Shown: in pieces, positions 22,889 through 38,670 of the stretch
Layout: the number at the start of each line of letters is the position of its first letter
Position numbering within the stretch: the stretch's first letter is position 1
Origin: Macrostomum lignano
Lineage: Eukaryota
Assembly: GCA_002269645.1 (NCBI GenBank)
Contig: NIVC01004163.1
Span: 1-57,319, forward strand
Reading direction: 5' to 3'
Length of the DNA: 57,319 nt
Program-made: the position numbers and the translations under genes
Notes under the pieces: model-generated
What the model saw: only the letters and a program-made list of their open reading frames with translations
Told to the model about the DNA's origin: nothing
Databases searched by the model: none

Positions 22889-24881
22889 AATTTTTACTGA
22901 TTTTGGTGCACTACTCGAAAGTACATGAAAATGTAGAATAACATTGATTGTCAATTTTTCTTTTTTTGCATTAAAATGAATTCCTACTCTTTCTAACTTC
23001 TCTTTATAACCTATGGAATGATGGGGCAATATGGTTGGATGAAAATTGAAAATAAATCATCAATGAAAATTTATTGATTTTATAACAATAAGCATTAGTT
23101 TATTAGATCATAAAATCCATAAAAATGTTGAAATTCTGCAATATTTAAAGCAAACTAGAAAAACAATAAAAGCATGTGTAGTATATACTTCTGTATTATA
23201 AACTATGTCTATTTATTGTATTAACTAAAGGACATAAAAAATTGGAATTAAAAAACTTTAGAAATGTTTTAGAAAAGGAATAATCAATTTGCTAGTATTG
23301 TGATATGAACTAATACTAAATATATTTTAGCAAAAAACTGCAATAGCTTATAAAAATAGCTAGTTTTATATTTAAAACATTATATAAGAGACATTACTGA
23401 CTAGGAAGTGAACTTGGTAAATCAAAATTTATAGTGAAATCAAAAATATTTTTTTAAAAACTGCAAAAATAATGCAAATTTGTAATAAAAAGCCAATAGT
23501 AGTAACCATTAATTTCTGAATCATCGATGATGACAATAACACCACAATTTAATATTTATTAGTAGACATGGTGTGAATTTTTTTTGTTTTTTTGATAGTT
23601 AAATAAGTAGTTTGCATCCAAAAATATGATTCTTTCTCATCAATTAGCCTCTATATAATTCTCTGACAGAGTGGCATTAGTCCAGAAAATCTAATTCAGA
23701 CTTTCAGAAATTCAAAAAATCAACTAAATTCCAACGACAGGTCTGTATGCTCGTTTAATCGTTTTAGCCGAAAAATTCCTTGAAATTTATTTATTTAAAA
23801 TTTGGCAAGAGTAAGTAGATAAACAATACTTCCCCTTGAAGTGTATGATGTTTTGTAATCTTGCGAATGAAACTTTCTTTATTTTTGGCTGATTCAAAAT
23901 TTAACGAATACGGATTTAAGTAGTTACAAAAACAGGTAATCTGAAGAGAAAACACAAATTTTCAAAGTTAAAGTAGCCTTTTCGCGAGAATTGGTTTCAA
24001 AATCAGAATCATTCCGATTCTAGAATCAAAATCGTTGGGAGAATTAAAAGAATTGAATTTAATTTAAAAAATTAAACCATGAAAATGAAGCGAGAGTGAA
24101 CCAGTTCGGTTTTAGGAACCAGAAATATGAAATGGCCAGTAGTGTGTGCAAGTCCATGGTAGTAAAATGATGGCTCGCTCTAAGCAAAGAAGAAATCCCG
24201 TAAGATGCTCACATTACAACACAAAGAATGCCCTAAAGGGTTGAAGGAGGGAAACCTTGATTTAATTAATATTATCAGATATATATTAACATATGAGTCA
24301 GAGTAAGAGAGACGACAAAAGCTGCAGGTTTCATAATTTTTTATTAATTTTGGTTGCAAAGTTTGCACTGGAAGCAGTGTTGCGCGACTTGCGCGACTTT
24401 TTAAATTTTCATTTCTCCATTTCAATACGCAAAAATAATTGCTTACAATTTTTGCAAGGATGCCGCGCGAATTACAGGTGCAGCGATTCGATTACTGCGC
24501 TGGGTCTGAAGATTGCGTTAAAATTTGGCGAAAAAATAAATGCATTAAAAATTTTGCGGATTTTGTACCAGTGCCCACCGTCCCTATGGTTAGATGACCT
24601 TGTTTGATCAGCAAGGCATCCAATGATTATAGCGGACAACATTTAAGCTCTGTGTACGAATTAAGTGTAAAGAAAAGCAAGTAGTTTTAGCATTGACGGA
24701 TGATCGTTCAAGTACATGTAAATCGGCTACAAAGTGAAATATTTATCCTTCTGCAAGCGTACATGCACAGCTTTGTAAAGCTTTCAACAGACCAGCCTGG
24801 AAACCAAATTACTATTAAACGCTATAATAATCTTAAATTATCTAGACTTAGCGTCATGGGATCCCCAGGCGGGTGGTCGAG

Positions 24882-26277
24882 TCAGAATCGGGTCAGCATC
24901 TCCGCCCCGACCACCACCGAGAGGCCAATCGGCAAGGAGCGCAGTAGTTGGGCAACGGGCAGCGGCCCGAGCACGTCTTCATCCGCCTCATCATCATCAG
25001 CCTCCTGCTCGAAGGGCTGCGGCTGCGACGGCAGCTGAAGATTTCCAACGCACCGGGCCGAGGGCAGGGCCGAGAAGCCAGGGATGGTGGCGGCTATTCT
25101 TTTCGAGTCCTCAATGGTTGCCATGGCAACTCCGAGATTTATGTGCGCCGGGGAGACGCGGACGATGGAGGCGAAGCGGTGCCAGGCCAGGCGGACTTCA
25201 CGCAGCGGCTGGCGGAGGCTGGAGTAGTGGCACGAAGAGGAGGACGGGCACGAGGCTGCGAACTCGGCAGAGGCGGCGTCAACGCTGAGCACCTGCTCCT
25301 CAGGCAGCCGCAGAGGGCTGCCGGCCCCGCGAAGGGCGGCGTATTCAGCCTTTGCGAAGGCCGCGGACGCCACGCCGCAGCAGTGCACGAAGCTGCTGCC
25401 GCGTAAAATGTCTTCAGCGATGGCGCCGAGGCAGGCGGTGAGGCGGACGGCATCGAAGGCATCGGCAGCGGCAGAGGCGGAGGCGGCCGGAACTGGCAGC
25501 GCTGACGGTGACGGTTTTGACGGCAGCTGCTGCAGGCGGGCAGCGGCAGCCCCCGAGGCTGCCTTCGTGCCAGCAGGGAGTTCAGCAGCCGCTCGCAGGT
25601 TCGCGGGTCGCCGCAGCGATCTCGGTACCGGACGGTGAGGCGGCTGCAGTCAGGCTGCTCCACGCCGCTGTCGCTGTAGACTCGAACTCGGCACTGAGTG
25701 AGCAGCTCGATGGCGCGCAGCTGCGGGTCTGTGGTCCGCTGCAGCAGCTGGAAGCAATCAGCGGGCATCAGGAACTGCTCCGTCCGCCACCCTGGCGAGT
25801 CCTCATCCCGCGGCGGTGACTGGACCGGCTTCATCGCCGACGGCAGCGGAGGTGGCATCGGCGGCGTGGCGGAGGTCGTCCACGAATCCTTGGTGAGCTG
25901 CATGAAAAACTTGCGCGGTTTTGGCGCCTTCTTGGCTGGCATTTTCGGGGTGCCACTCGAGCTGGGGGCTGCGGCTGAGCTGCTGCAGGCCTGCGGGTGT
26001 CTGCGCAGCTGTCTATGGCAGAAATGTGAGAGTTCGTCTGGTACATCTGGGTTGCGTTTTGGGTGGCTTATTCTGGCTTTTCAATTTTTTCTTTTCAGTA
26101 TGAGGCACGGGAGAGTCAGCGCCAGCGGGTGCTGATCGAGGTGGCCCAGCAACAACTTGGCGTCTCTGGCGCAGGGAGACGCTGACGGCCCGCCTCATCA
26201 GGTCTCTGGACGACAGCATCTCGAAAGTGATGCATACCCGGGGCGTACCGCAGCAGGGACCTGTAGAGTGCGTCCAT
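24882..26277 (-). CDS. Uncharacterised, frame-disrupted gene or pseudogene with KH-like and macrodomain-like segments
   Basis: GC-rich coding-like sequence. ORFs 25139-25942 and 24882-~25560 join by a 1-nt shift near 25560. The 5' part (ATG 26277, MDALYRSLL) needs further shifts and there is an in-frame TGA at 26081-26083. Domain calls are by eye only. Confidence 0.45.
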
Positions 26278-26673
26278 CGATTGCTTTCTCAAACTGCAGA
26301 TAGTACAATGGGGTTGAAATTCTCTAACTGCCATGCATTCATTCGTTTTGGGCTTGGGCGAATAACTTCTATGCCATAAGCCCTTGGTGAATAAATTTAT
26401 TATCTGGATTGTCAGCAACAAGCTACCTGTAAGAATAATTATACGGATAAAAATGCATGCAATATTGATCAGCTTAGTTCAGATAAAAAGGCTCACGGAG
26501 GTTGGATCGCGGAGGTTTAAAGTTCAACAGCGAATAACAACTCGTATTGCTTCGATTGCATGCATTGGAGAAGCACCGGATGAACTGGCAGTAAAAAAGC
26601 ATTCGAGCAAGCACTGGCTATAAACTGTGGCATTGTCAAGCGAGTCAATCTATGAAGTCGTTCAGCCCGCAGC

Positions 26674-29468
<2,795 letters not shown>

Positions 29469-29905
29469 CTGTTCGGGAGGAGCCTCCCTAAGGTTTCGCA
29501 CAGTTTTTTATGCACCTCTGTGCTGCGCTGCTGCGAGCGGCGGCTGGGGCGGGAGAGGCAGGCCGGACCGGGGAGGCGGTTGCACCGGGGTGAGCTGAGC
29601 GGCTCTCTAATTATAGCCGCTGCTGGGACTGAAGGAGGCCGCAGGACGAACAGAAGCGGCTACACTGGTGAACGCGGGCAGCGCGGCCTTCTCTATTCGT
29701 TCTCAGGCCAATCCGAACTGGGCTCGGATCTGCGAGCGTAGAAGTGCATTCGCTAAGTGGGGCTGGAGTTCGTTGCACGGTGGCAGTTTCTTGTAAGCAA
29801 AGACTGACGCATGAAGGTGAGACTTTCGCGTTTCAAGATGTTCTTTAATAAACTAATCAAGGGCCAATGGGTCAATAGGCTAAAAGTAACGAATGGGAGT
29901 CTACA

Positions 29906-30768
29906 GAATCGGAATCTACCAACTCGAAATCCACCAGCTCGGAATCTACCAACTCGGAATCTACCAACTCGGAATCTACCAACTCGGAATCCACCAACTC
30001 GGAATCTACCAACTCGGAATCTACCAACTCGGAATCTACCAACTCGGAATCTACCAACTCGGAATCTACCAACTCGGAATCTACCAACTCGGAATCTACC
30101 AACTCGGAATCCACCAACTCGGAATCTACCAACTCGGAATCTACCAACTCGGAATCTACCAACTCGGAATCTACCAACTCGGAATCTACCAACTCGGAAT
30201 CTACCAACTCGAAATCTACCAACTCGGAATCTACCAACTCGGAATCTACCAACTCGGAATCTACCAACTCGGAATCTACCAACTCGGAATCTACCAACTC
30301 GGAATCTACCAACTCGGAATCCACCAACTCGGAATCTACCAACTCGGAATCTACCAACTCGGAATCTACCAACTCGGAATCTACCAACTCAAAATCACCT
30401 ACCAACTCGGAATCTACCAACTCGAAATCCACCAGCTCAGAACCTACCAACTCGGAATCTATCAACTCGGAATCTACCAACTCGGAATCCACCAGCTCAA
30501 AATCACCTACCAACTCGGAATCTACCAACTCGGAATCTATCAACTCGGATTCTACCAACTCGGAATCTACCAACTCAAAATCACCTACCAACTCGGAATC
30601 TACCAACTCGGAATCTACCAACTCGGAATCTACCAACTCGGAATCTACCAACTCGGAATCCATCAACTCGGAATCTACCAACTCGGAATCTACCAACTCG
30701 GAATCTACCAACTCGAAATCTACCAACTCGGAATCTACCAACTCGGAATCCACCAACTCGGAATCTAC
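29906..30768. repeat. 15-bp minisatellite (ggaatctaccaactc)
   Basis: ~57 copies. Confidence 0.97.
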
Positions 30769-30794
30769 ACCAACCTATTAAAGATCTACAAAAT

Positions 30795-31042
30795 TAATAA
30801 TAATAATTGATTTCACCTGCCCTAATGCAGTCCAAGGCTGTTCAGTCCAATGACTGGGGGGTCGCAACACACCTTTAATTACCCCAGCTAATCCTGGCAC
30901 CTATTTTACAACTGGGTGAACTGAAGCAAAGCAGAGTTGCTTCTTGCTCAAGGACCCAAATTGCTTCGAGTGTGTCGGGAATCGAACCCCCGACCTTCAA
31001 GTCGCGAGTCCGACCCTCTGACCACTAGGCTACAACCCGATC
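30795..31042 (-). mobile_element. tRNA-derived SINE with V/Meta-SINE-like body and (ATT)n tail
   Basis: Minus strand: A box TAGCCTAGTGG, B box GGTTCGATTCC, then GTCCTTGAGCAAG...TTCACCCAGTTGTAAAATAGGTGCC, ending in ATTATTATTATTA. Confidence 0.75.
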
Positions 31043-31324
31043 CAGTTGTAACAAATTAGAATCTACCAAAAAAAATTTACCATCAGAATTAAAAATTGTA
31101 AAAATTTCGCAATTTATTCATGTCAGAAGGCCGCCTGAATGACAGGCTGTACATGGCTCGAATCCTTTGCTTCGATTTAGTCTTTACGAGTAATTTCTCA
31201 TAACAGCTTGCATTAAAACCACTTGATATTACGATCATCTTAAATTTCAAATGGTAGGCTGAGTCTATTACAATACCACGAGCTGCCTACACATAATAAG
31301 TTGCCTGAGATTGTTTTACTTGAC

Positions 31325-31672
31325 AATGGACTATGGCTTTCACAATTGCATTGGACCACAGACTACGGCTTTCACAATTGCATTGGACCACAGACTACGG
31401 CTTTCACAATTGCATTGGACCATAGACTACGGCTTTCACAATTGCATTGGACCACAGACTACGGCTTTCACAATTGCATTGGACCACAGACTACGGCTTT
31501 CACAATTGCATTGGACCATAGACTATGGCTTGCGAGATTGCATTGGACCATAGACTATGGCTTGCGAGATTGCATTGGACCATAGACTATGGTTTACAAG
31601 ATTGCATTGGACCATAGACTATGGCTTGTAAGATTGCATTGGACCATAGACTATGGCTTTCACGATTACATT
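31325..31672. repeat. 32-bp minisatellite (cacaattgcattggaccacagactacggcttt)
   Basis: ~11 copies. Confidence 0.95.
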
Positions 31673-31826
31673 TGACGATAAACGGAATCGGGTGCCGGTT
31701 AAGATCAAAGATGAGATCAGACTTTAGCCAACATCGGCCAAGCAACCTCATCCTAAAGGGGTTTGCAAAGCAAGAGTCAATCCTTCTTAGGTATATTTAA
31801 AACTCCTGTTGCTTTGACTACATTGT

Positions 31827-34800
31827 CTAATTTTCCGTAAAGTTCTCTCCTTGGCGGGTTTGTTGGTCGCACGCATCTTCATCAGCCACCGCATTCGCTG
31901 CCATGCCAGCATTCGGCTCAGACTCTCCAGCCTCGCAGTCTCCGTCAGCGTCTCCTTTGCCTCGATCGTCGGCGATCCCGTCGACGCCCTTCAGCTCATA
32001 GCTGCCGGACCTGCCCTCGCCGTCCTCGCCGGCCTTGCAGCGCTTCCAGATCCGGTAGGCTGCCACAGTGAAGTACAGCGGCACCGGAGTGAGGATGGTG
32101 GCCGCCACCGGCACGATGCTGGCGATGTCGCCCTCCGGCTTGGCCATGGAGAACAGCAGCAGCTGGATGGGGATCCCGGCATTCTGGACGCCGCACTCCA
32201 GCGCCACGGCTGTGGACTGCGGCCGCGGCAGTCGGAAGGCCATTGTGACAAAAAACCCGAGAGTGAAGCCCAGCCAGGGCAGCATGCCGGCGAACGGGAT
32301 CACGATGGGGAATTTCACTGCAAATGCAGATCAGGGGTCCGAATTCACTCACGAGGCCTGTAGTTTACAGGTGTCGCCCTATGAACAGAGTGCAGATTAA
32401 GATTGCCTAAATGAGTCGGCAGTGAAGAACACTGGAACTCATCAGTGTGTAACCTCAAGCGTGGCTAAAGCTAGATTATGAGTGCAAAGAATCTATAGAA
32501 GAAGATTATTCGAGAACATTGGCTGTCGCCTTAGCAGATCGATGCTGTTTCGGATTCGTTCAACTTTATTTCACGGGCTGCTGCTTTAATTTTAACGAGT
32601 TTGGATATCCAGGAATTCCGGCTTCCCAGCACAGGCCCTGGCTGATAATTACCCCCGGCCTCTTAAATTAGTCTGCTAGCTTTGATAATTACCCCCGGCC
32701 TGTTAAATCAGTCTGCTAGCTTTGATAATTACCCCCGGCCTCTTAAAATTAGCCTGCTAGCTTTGATAATTACCCCCCGGCCTCTTAAATCAGTCTGCTA
32801 GCTTTGATAATTACCCCCGGCCTCTTAAATCAGTCTGCTAGCTTTGATAATTACCCCCCCCCCGGCCTCTCAAACCAGTCTGCTAGCTTTGATAATTACC
32901 CCGGCCACTCAAATCAGTCTGCTAGCTTTGATAATTACCCCCCCCCGGCCTCTCAAACCAGTCTGCTAGCTTTGATAATTACCCCCGGCCTCTTAAATCA
33001 GTCTGCTAGCTTTGATAATTACCCCCGGCCTCTTAAATCAGTCTGCTAGCTTTGATAATTACCCCGGGCCTCTCAAATCAGTCTGCTAGCTTCATGACAT
33101 GGATTGACGCTTGTATGTGCATGATCAATTCCCGCGCAGCTCACCCAGCAGCTCCAGCAGGTAAAAGTACACGTACGAGCCGAGCCCGGCTACCGTGAGA
33201 ATGAAGAGAATCGCCAAGGGCCCGATGGCCTTCGTGAGCTTCTTGGCGAACTGCGGCCACTTTGTAGCGCACCAGGACGCCGAGAGCCAGAGGCACCACG
33301 GACTGCAGCAGCGTGTAGGCCACCTGGTCGAACGGGATTCGAACCTGGTCCGGGTCGATGTACAGCCGGCCGTAGACAAACAGCCACAGCGGCATCATGA
33401 CTGGGGAGGTAGGGGAAGACTCAGCTCATTGTGAGCAACAATCCAGAGCAGTGGGGCCTACATGAGCGGCTCAGAACTCACAGAAGGCGCAGATGCTGCT
33501 GAAGAAGGTCATGGTCATGCTGAGGTCAAGGTCACCGTCCAGCAGGTAAGTCCACATGTTGCTGCCGCCACCGCCAGGTGAGCAGGCGTAGGTCAGGAGG
33601 CCGAAGGCCAGCGCCTTCGGACTGGGGAAGCTGGAGAACTGGGCCAGGGCAAGCAGGAGCAGCTGGCCCACTGCCAGGCCGAGCTGCGGATTTGGTGAGT
33701 TGAGAATTTCTTAATAGCTTTTGCCGCTCGAGAACGGAGCAATGGTGAGGACATTGGTCACGTGACAATCTGCGGAAATTATGGGTGGCCATAAATCAGG
33801 ACAGTCGATGATTTCAATGGCATCTTAGAGGAGGCCTGATGTTTTTAACATTTCCATACAAAGGATTGCTGAACCTTCGGTTATCATTATTAATGGTCAC
33901 TAATATTATTAGTTTACTTAATAAGTCTTTAAGCTTTATTGGTTTACTAAAGTATCAGACGCTCAGCACAAAATATCAAAATTACGGACCTTCGGGACCT
34001 TCGGGACCTTCGGGACCTTCGGGACCTTCGGGACCTTCGGGACCTTCGGGACCTTCGGGACCTTCGGGACCTTCGGGACCTTCGGGACCTTCGGGACCTT
34101 CGGGACCTTCGGGACCTTCGGGACCTTCGGGACCTTCGGGACCTTCGGGACCTTCGGGACCTTCGGGACCTTCGGGACCTTCGGGACCTTCGGGACCTTC
34201 GGGAACTCCGGGACCTTCGGGGCCTTCGGGACCTTCAGGGTCTTTAGGGTCTTCAGGACCTTCGGGACCTTCGGGACCTTCGGGACCTTCGGGACCTTCG
34301 GGGTCTTCAGGGTCTTCAGGACCTTCGGTACCTTCGGGTCTTCAGGGTCTTCAGGACCTTCGGGACCTTCGGGACCTTCAGGGTCTCAGGATCTTCGGGA
34401 CATCTTAGGGGTCCTCGAGACCTTCAATGCAAAAATTAAGACTGAGTTTTCCAACTCATGTTTGCCAGAGAGTTGCTACTGAAACTTATTGCGCAGTCAA
34501 CGGAGAGCCGGCAAGTGAACAGTAGCGGACTGAATTACCGCCAAATTGCAACATAGAAATCACTCTGGTAAGGCAAAACTAACTGAACAGCTGCAATGAC
34601 TCGAGCTAAGCAACAGAGTCACCGGTCTCACCTGCTCGGCAAGCATAGCCTGTCAATAACTGATTAATTAACCATTGCACCAAAAAGCATGTAGCAAAAA
34701 CATTCATTAGCAAAATCACCGCCTGGCATTGCGCATCATACTACTTTTGAAGTAGCTGCTTGTGTATTAAATGACTTTTGGCAGTTTGCTTAGCATAGCC

Positions 34801-35860
34801 ACTTAGCCGCCTTGAACAATGTCCCTAAGGCAGATCACGATATGTTCCTCTGTTCTCCGTGTTCCAGGCATCGCCAAGATTCCCGCGGCCTCTTCGGTGT
34901 CGAGAATACAGAGAAAGCATCGGATCTCCAATACTTTCAGGCCTCTGAATCTCTGCCTGCTCGTCAGCTAACTGAGGGCTACCTGGCCAGCCAACATCAA
35001 CCTCCTGGACTGTCCGGCAGGGGCTTGGGGCTGCATCTGCACACACCGGAGTCCCAGCAGCTGAGTCCAGTACATGTACTCGTAAATCATGCTCAACAGA
35101 GCAGCTCAGCGGTAAATGCGTCTCACTCTCGCGCCAGGACCCCTGGTTCGATTCCGTCAGCAGCCGCATTCATTTGGCGCTTGACCCATGAGGACCAGTC
35201 CCCAAGGCACGGAGAGTGCATATGCCTGACGATTAGAAAGTCAGGGCCGCTGAGCACCCTCTGCGCGGGCCTGCGTTCAGTATTGGCGCGCTAATGCGCT
35301 AGTGGGACCATGTCGCCTAAGGCGTTGCGCCAGACTGCCCGAGAACCTGCAATTATTGCTACTGTTATCAAGTCAAGCCTCAGCGGCGGCTGCTCACATG
35401 CGGCATGAGCAGGAACTGGCACGCCCACCCGATGCTGAGGGCCACCGGCCGCTTCACCAGCCGCAGCACCACGCGCAGCTCGATGCTGTTGCCCATGCAG
35501 AACACGATGGCCACCACGAGGATGATGAGAAGGACTCGGTAGGCCAGCTCCAACCGCCCGGAAGGCTGCAGGACGGTGAGCTGCAGCCGGCCCGACGCCG
35601 CCCCGTCCGTGCAGCTGAGGTCCGTCCAGCCGAACTTGTGCCCCATCAGCTGCATGGAGACGGTCCAGTTTCCCTCGCCGACAGCCGACCAGTTGGCCGC
35701 CGACTGCAGGCTGGCGATGCTGGAGTCGGCGACCGAGCAGTTGAGGCCGCCTGCGGCAGCGTCCACGGAGCTGGCGGAGATGTTGGCCAGCAGCGCGGAG
35801 CCGACGTCCAGGACGAGCGGCGTCGGCTGTGAGCTGAGCTGTATTGCGCAGAGTTTCCCG
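31827..35860 (-). CDS. SLC10: SLC10 cotransporter, copy 2; first exon unresolved
   Basis: Exons 35398-35860, 33482-33683, 33145-33400 (one extra A in a run at ~33261), 31827-32317. Confidence 0.9.
32642..33090. repeat. 40-bp minisatellite (gataattacccccggcctcttaaatcagtctgctagcttt)
   Basis: ~11 copies. Confidence 0.95.
33985..34425. repeat. 9-bp minisatellite (ggaccttcg)
   Basis: ~45 copies in an SLC10-2 intron. Confidence 0.96.
35095..35300 (+). mobile_element. Probable tRNA-derived SINE (degenerate head)
   Basis: A-box-like cagctcagcgg and B box ggttcgattcc at tRNA spacing (35102-35155); acceptor and anticodon stems poor; 3' limit uncertain. Confidence 0.45.
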
Positions 35861-36300
35861 CTGTTAAAAGTGCTCGCTTGGATTATGCGCCCCGGTTTCG
35901 GAGGCTGGGCCTGCAGTCTGACAAAGCCGGGGCCGCAGCAGCAGCAAAATTCTATTTTTATGTCAGAGGGCCGCAGATAGCCATGAAGAAGGTAAACAGA
36001 GATCGTAAGCACACAACAGAGAGTTGTGTGCTCTCGGGCTGGTTGCGCAGCGCTCGGCGTACGTGGAGCTTGCAGAACAATGCCTGCCTGGCATGGGTTC
36101 GGCCAGGCCTTCTCGAATTTGTGCCTGAAAGCTGGCTGCTTAAGTGCATCTCAAGATGGACAAGAAAGTGAAGATTTGAAGATTTGCTTTTCCGTTGGAG
36201 GGACGCTCGCTGCTTTTAATAAAGCTCGAGATGAAAAAATTAAAGTACATAAGCAAAATTAATATTTGCAGAAACTGAATAAAGCATCGAAGTGTATAAA

Positions 36301-38670
36301 CTATCCGAAATCTGATAGAGCAAGCAGGCGTGGATCTCTGTCGTACAAAAATTTGGGATTTTGCACTGTAGCATGCAGTCTTTGTGCTGTCTGCGGGCTG
36401 ATATCTACGGCTGCTTCGCCGCCTCGCCGTCCGCAGCGACTCGCCCGCGACCGCCCTGCAGCTCCAGCTTGGCAGTCGACGTCTTTCTCCTCACCGTCCT
36501 CGCCGTCCTTGCAGCGCTTCCAGATCCGGTAGGCTGCCACAGTGAAGTACAGCGGCACCGGAGTGAGGATGGTGGCCGCCACCGGCACGATGCTGGCGAT
36601 GTCGCCCTCCGGCTTGGCCATGGAGAACAGCAGCAGCTGGATGGGGATCCCGGCGTTCTGGACACCGCACTCCAGCGCCACGGCTGTGGACTGCGGCCGC
36701 GGCAGGCGGAAGGCCATCGTGATGAAGTAGCTGAGGAGGAAGCCGAGCCAGGGCAGCATGCCGGCGACCGGGATCACGATGGGGAATTTCACTGCAAATG
36801 AAGAGGGGATGCGGTGGTAGTGGGCTGCAACAGCATTGGTGATCCCCAGCTCATAATCCCCAGCTCATAATCCCCAGCTCATAATCCCCAGCTCATAATC
36901 CCCAGCACAGAATCCCCAGCACATAATCCCCAGCTCAGAATCCCCAGCACATAATCCCCAGCTCAGAATCCCCAGCACATAATCCCCAGCTCAGAATCCC
37001 CAGCACATAATCCCCAGCTCAGAATCCCCAGCACATAATCCCCAGCACAGAATCCCCAGCTCAGAATCCCCAGCTCAGAATCCCCAGCACATAATCCCCA
37101 ATTCATAATCTCCAGCTCACCCAGCAGCTCCAGCAGGTAGAAGTACACGTAGGAGCCGAACCCGGCAACCGTGAGCACGAACAGAACAGACAGCGGCCCG
37201 ATGGCCTTCGTCAGCTTCTTGGCGACCCGCGGCCACTTGTGGCGCACCAGGACGCCCAGCACGAGCGACACCACGGACTGCAGCAGCGTGTAGGCCACCT
37301 GGTCGAACGGGATCAGCACCTGCTCCGACTCGATGAACAGCCGGCCGTAGGCGAACAGCCACAGCGGCATCATGACTGCGGGATCGGGGATTTGGGAGCA
37401 ACGTCTGATTGATCACTTTTGGTTCATGAATGATTCCGGTCTGATTCCGGACTGATTCCGGTCTGATTCGGTCTGATTCCGGTCTGATTCCGGATTGATT
37501 CCGGACTGATTCCGGACTGATTCCGGTCTGATTCGGTCTGATTCCGGTCTGATTCCGGTCTGATTCCGGTCTGATTCCGGATTGATTCCGGTCTGATTCC
37601 GGACTGATTCCGGACTGATTCGGTCTGATTCCGGTCTGATTCCGGTCTGATTCCGGTCTGATTCCGGTCTTGGTAAAGCAAACAAGAGGTCCGGAAGCAG
37701 GCAGTCAGGTTTCGCTCCAACGAGAGCCGAATTCAGTTTTGAACGGCTGCTGGGTGTGAAGAAGTGATATTTAAAAATTCACATAAAATTTCATTCAGGA
37801 ACTCACAGAAGGCGCAGATGTTGCTGAAGAAGGTCATGTCATGGTCATGCTGAGGTCGAGGTCGCCGTCCAACAGGTAGGTCCACATGTTGCTGCCTGAG
37901 CCGCCAGGTGAGCAGCTGAAGGTCAGGAGGCCGAAGGCCAGCGCGTTCGGCACCGGCAGGTCGGGGAACTGGGCAAGGGCGAGCAGCAGCAGCTGGCCCA
38001 CTGCCAGGCCGAGCTGGAAAAGCGGGTGGGTAGACAATTTCTGCTAAATGTTGGCTTCTGGGAGTCTGAGAAATTTCTTTGCAATTCAGCTGAGCAAACT
38101 GAGAAGCTCAAAGCAGGTGTCGAGCTCTTATTGCGCGCTTCACTTCATTCTTGGTTACAAAATCCAGGCCCGCTGTTTTCCCGAGTTTCTACCGAATTTA
38201 TGCTCACGTGCGGCATGAGCAGGAACTGGCACGCCCACCCGATGCTGAGGGCCACCGGCCGCTTCACCAGCCGCAGCACCACGCGCAAGTCGATGTTGGC
38301 GCCCATGCAGAACACGATGGCCACCACGAAGAGGATCAGCAGCACCCGGTAGGCGATGTCCAGCGGACCCGACGGCTGCAGGACGGTGAGCTGCAGCCGG
38401 CCCGACGCCGCCCCGTCCGTGCAGCTGAGGTCCGTCCAGCCGAACTTGTGCCCCATCAGCTGCATGGAGACGGTCCAGTTTCCCTCGCCGACAGCCGACC
38501 AGTTGGCCGCCGACTGCAGGCTGGCGATGCTGGAGTCGGCGACCGAGCAGTTGAGGCCGCCTGCGGCAGCGTCCACGGAGCTGGCGGAGATGTTGGCCAG
38601 CAGCGCGGAGCCGACGTCCAGGACGAGCGGCGTCGGCTGTGATCTGAGTTGCATTGCGCAGAGTTTCCCG
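36301..38670 (-). CDS. SLC10: SLC10 cotransporter, copy 3; frameshifted by a 5-bp duplication (possible pseudogene)
   Basis: Exons 38208-38670, 37807-38013, 37121-37375, 36301-36791. The second exon is 207 nt versus 202 in the other copies. Confidence 0.88.
36843..37119. repeat. 14-bp minisatellite (aatccccagctcat/ag)
   Basis: ~19 copies starting at the donor site. Confidence 0.94.
37432..37668. repeat. 10/11-bp minisatellite (ccggtctgatt)
   Basis: ~22 copies. Confidence 0.94.

Noticed and set aside
30965-31042. Functional tRNA gene
   Set aside because: Anticodon and acceptor stems pair poorly, and it continues into a SINE body and tail.
31325-33090. 32- and 40-bp repeats as CRISPR arrays
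   Set aside because: Head-to-tail units with no unique spacers, no cas genes, and a eukaryotic context.
33839-34408. Collagen-like (GPS)n ORF
   Set aside because: Product of a 9-bp satellite, antisense inside an SLC10 intron, with AT-rich non-coding flanks.
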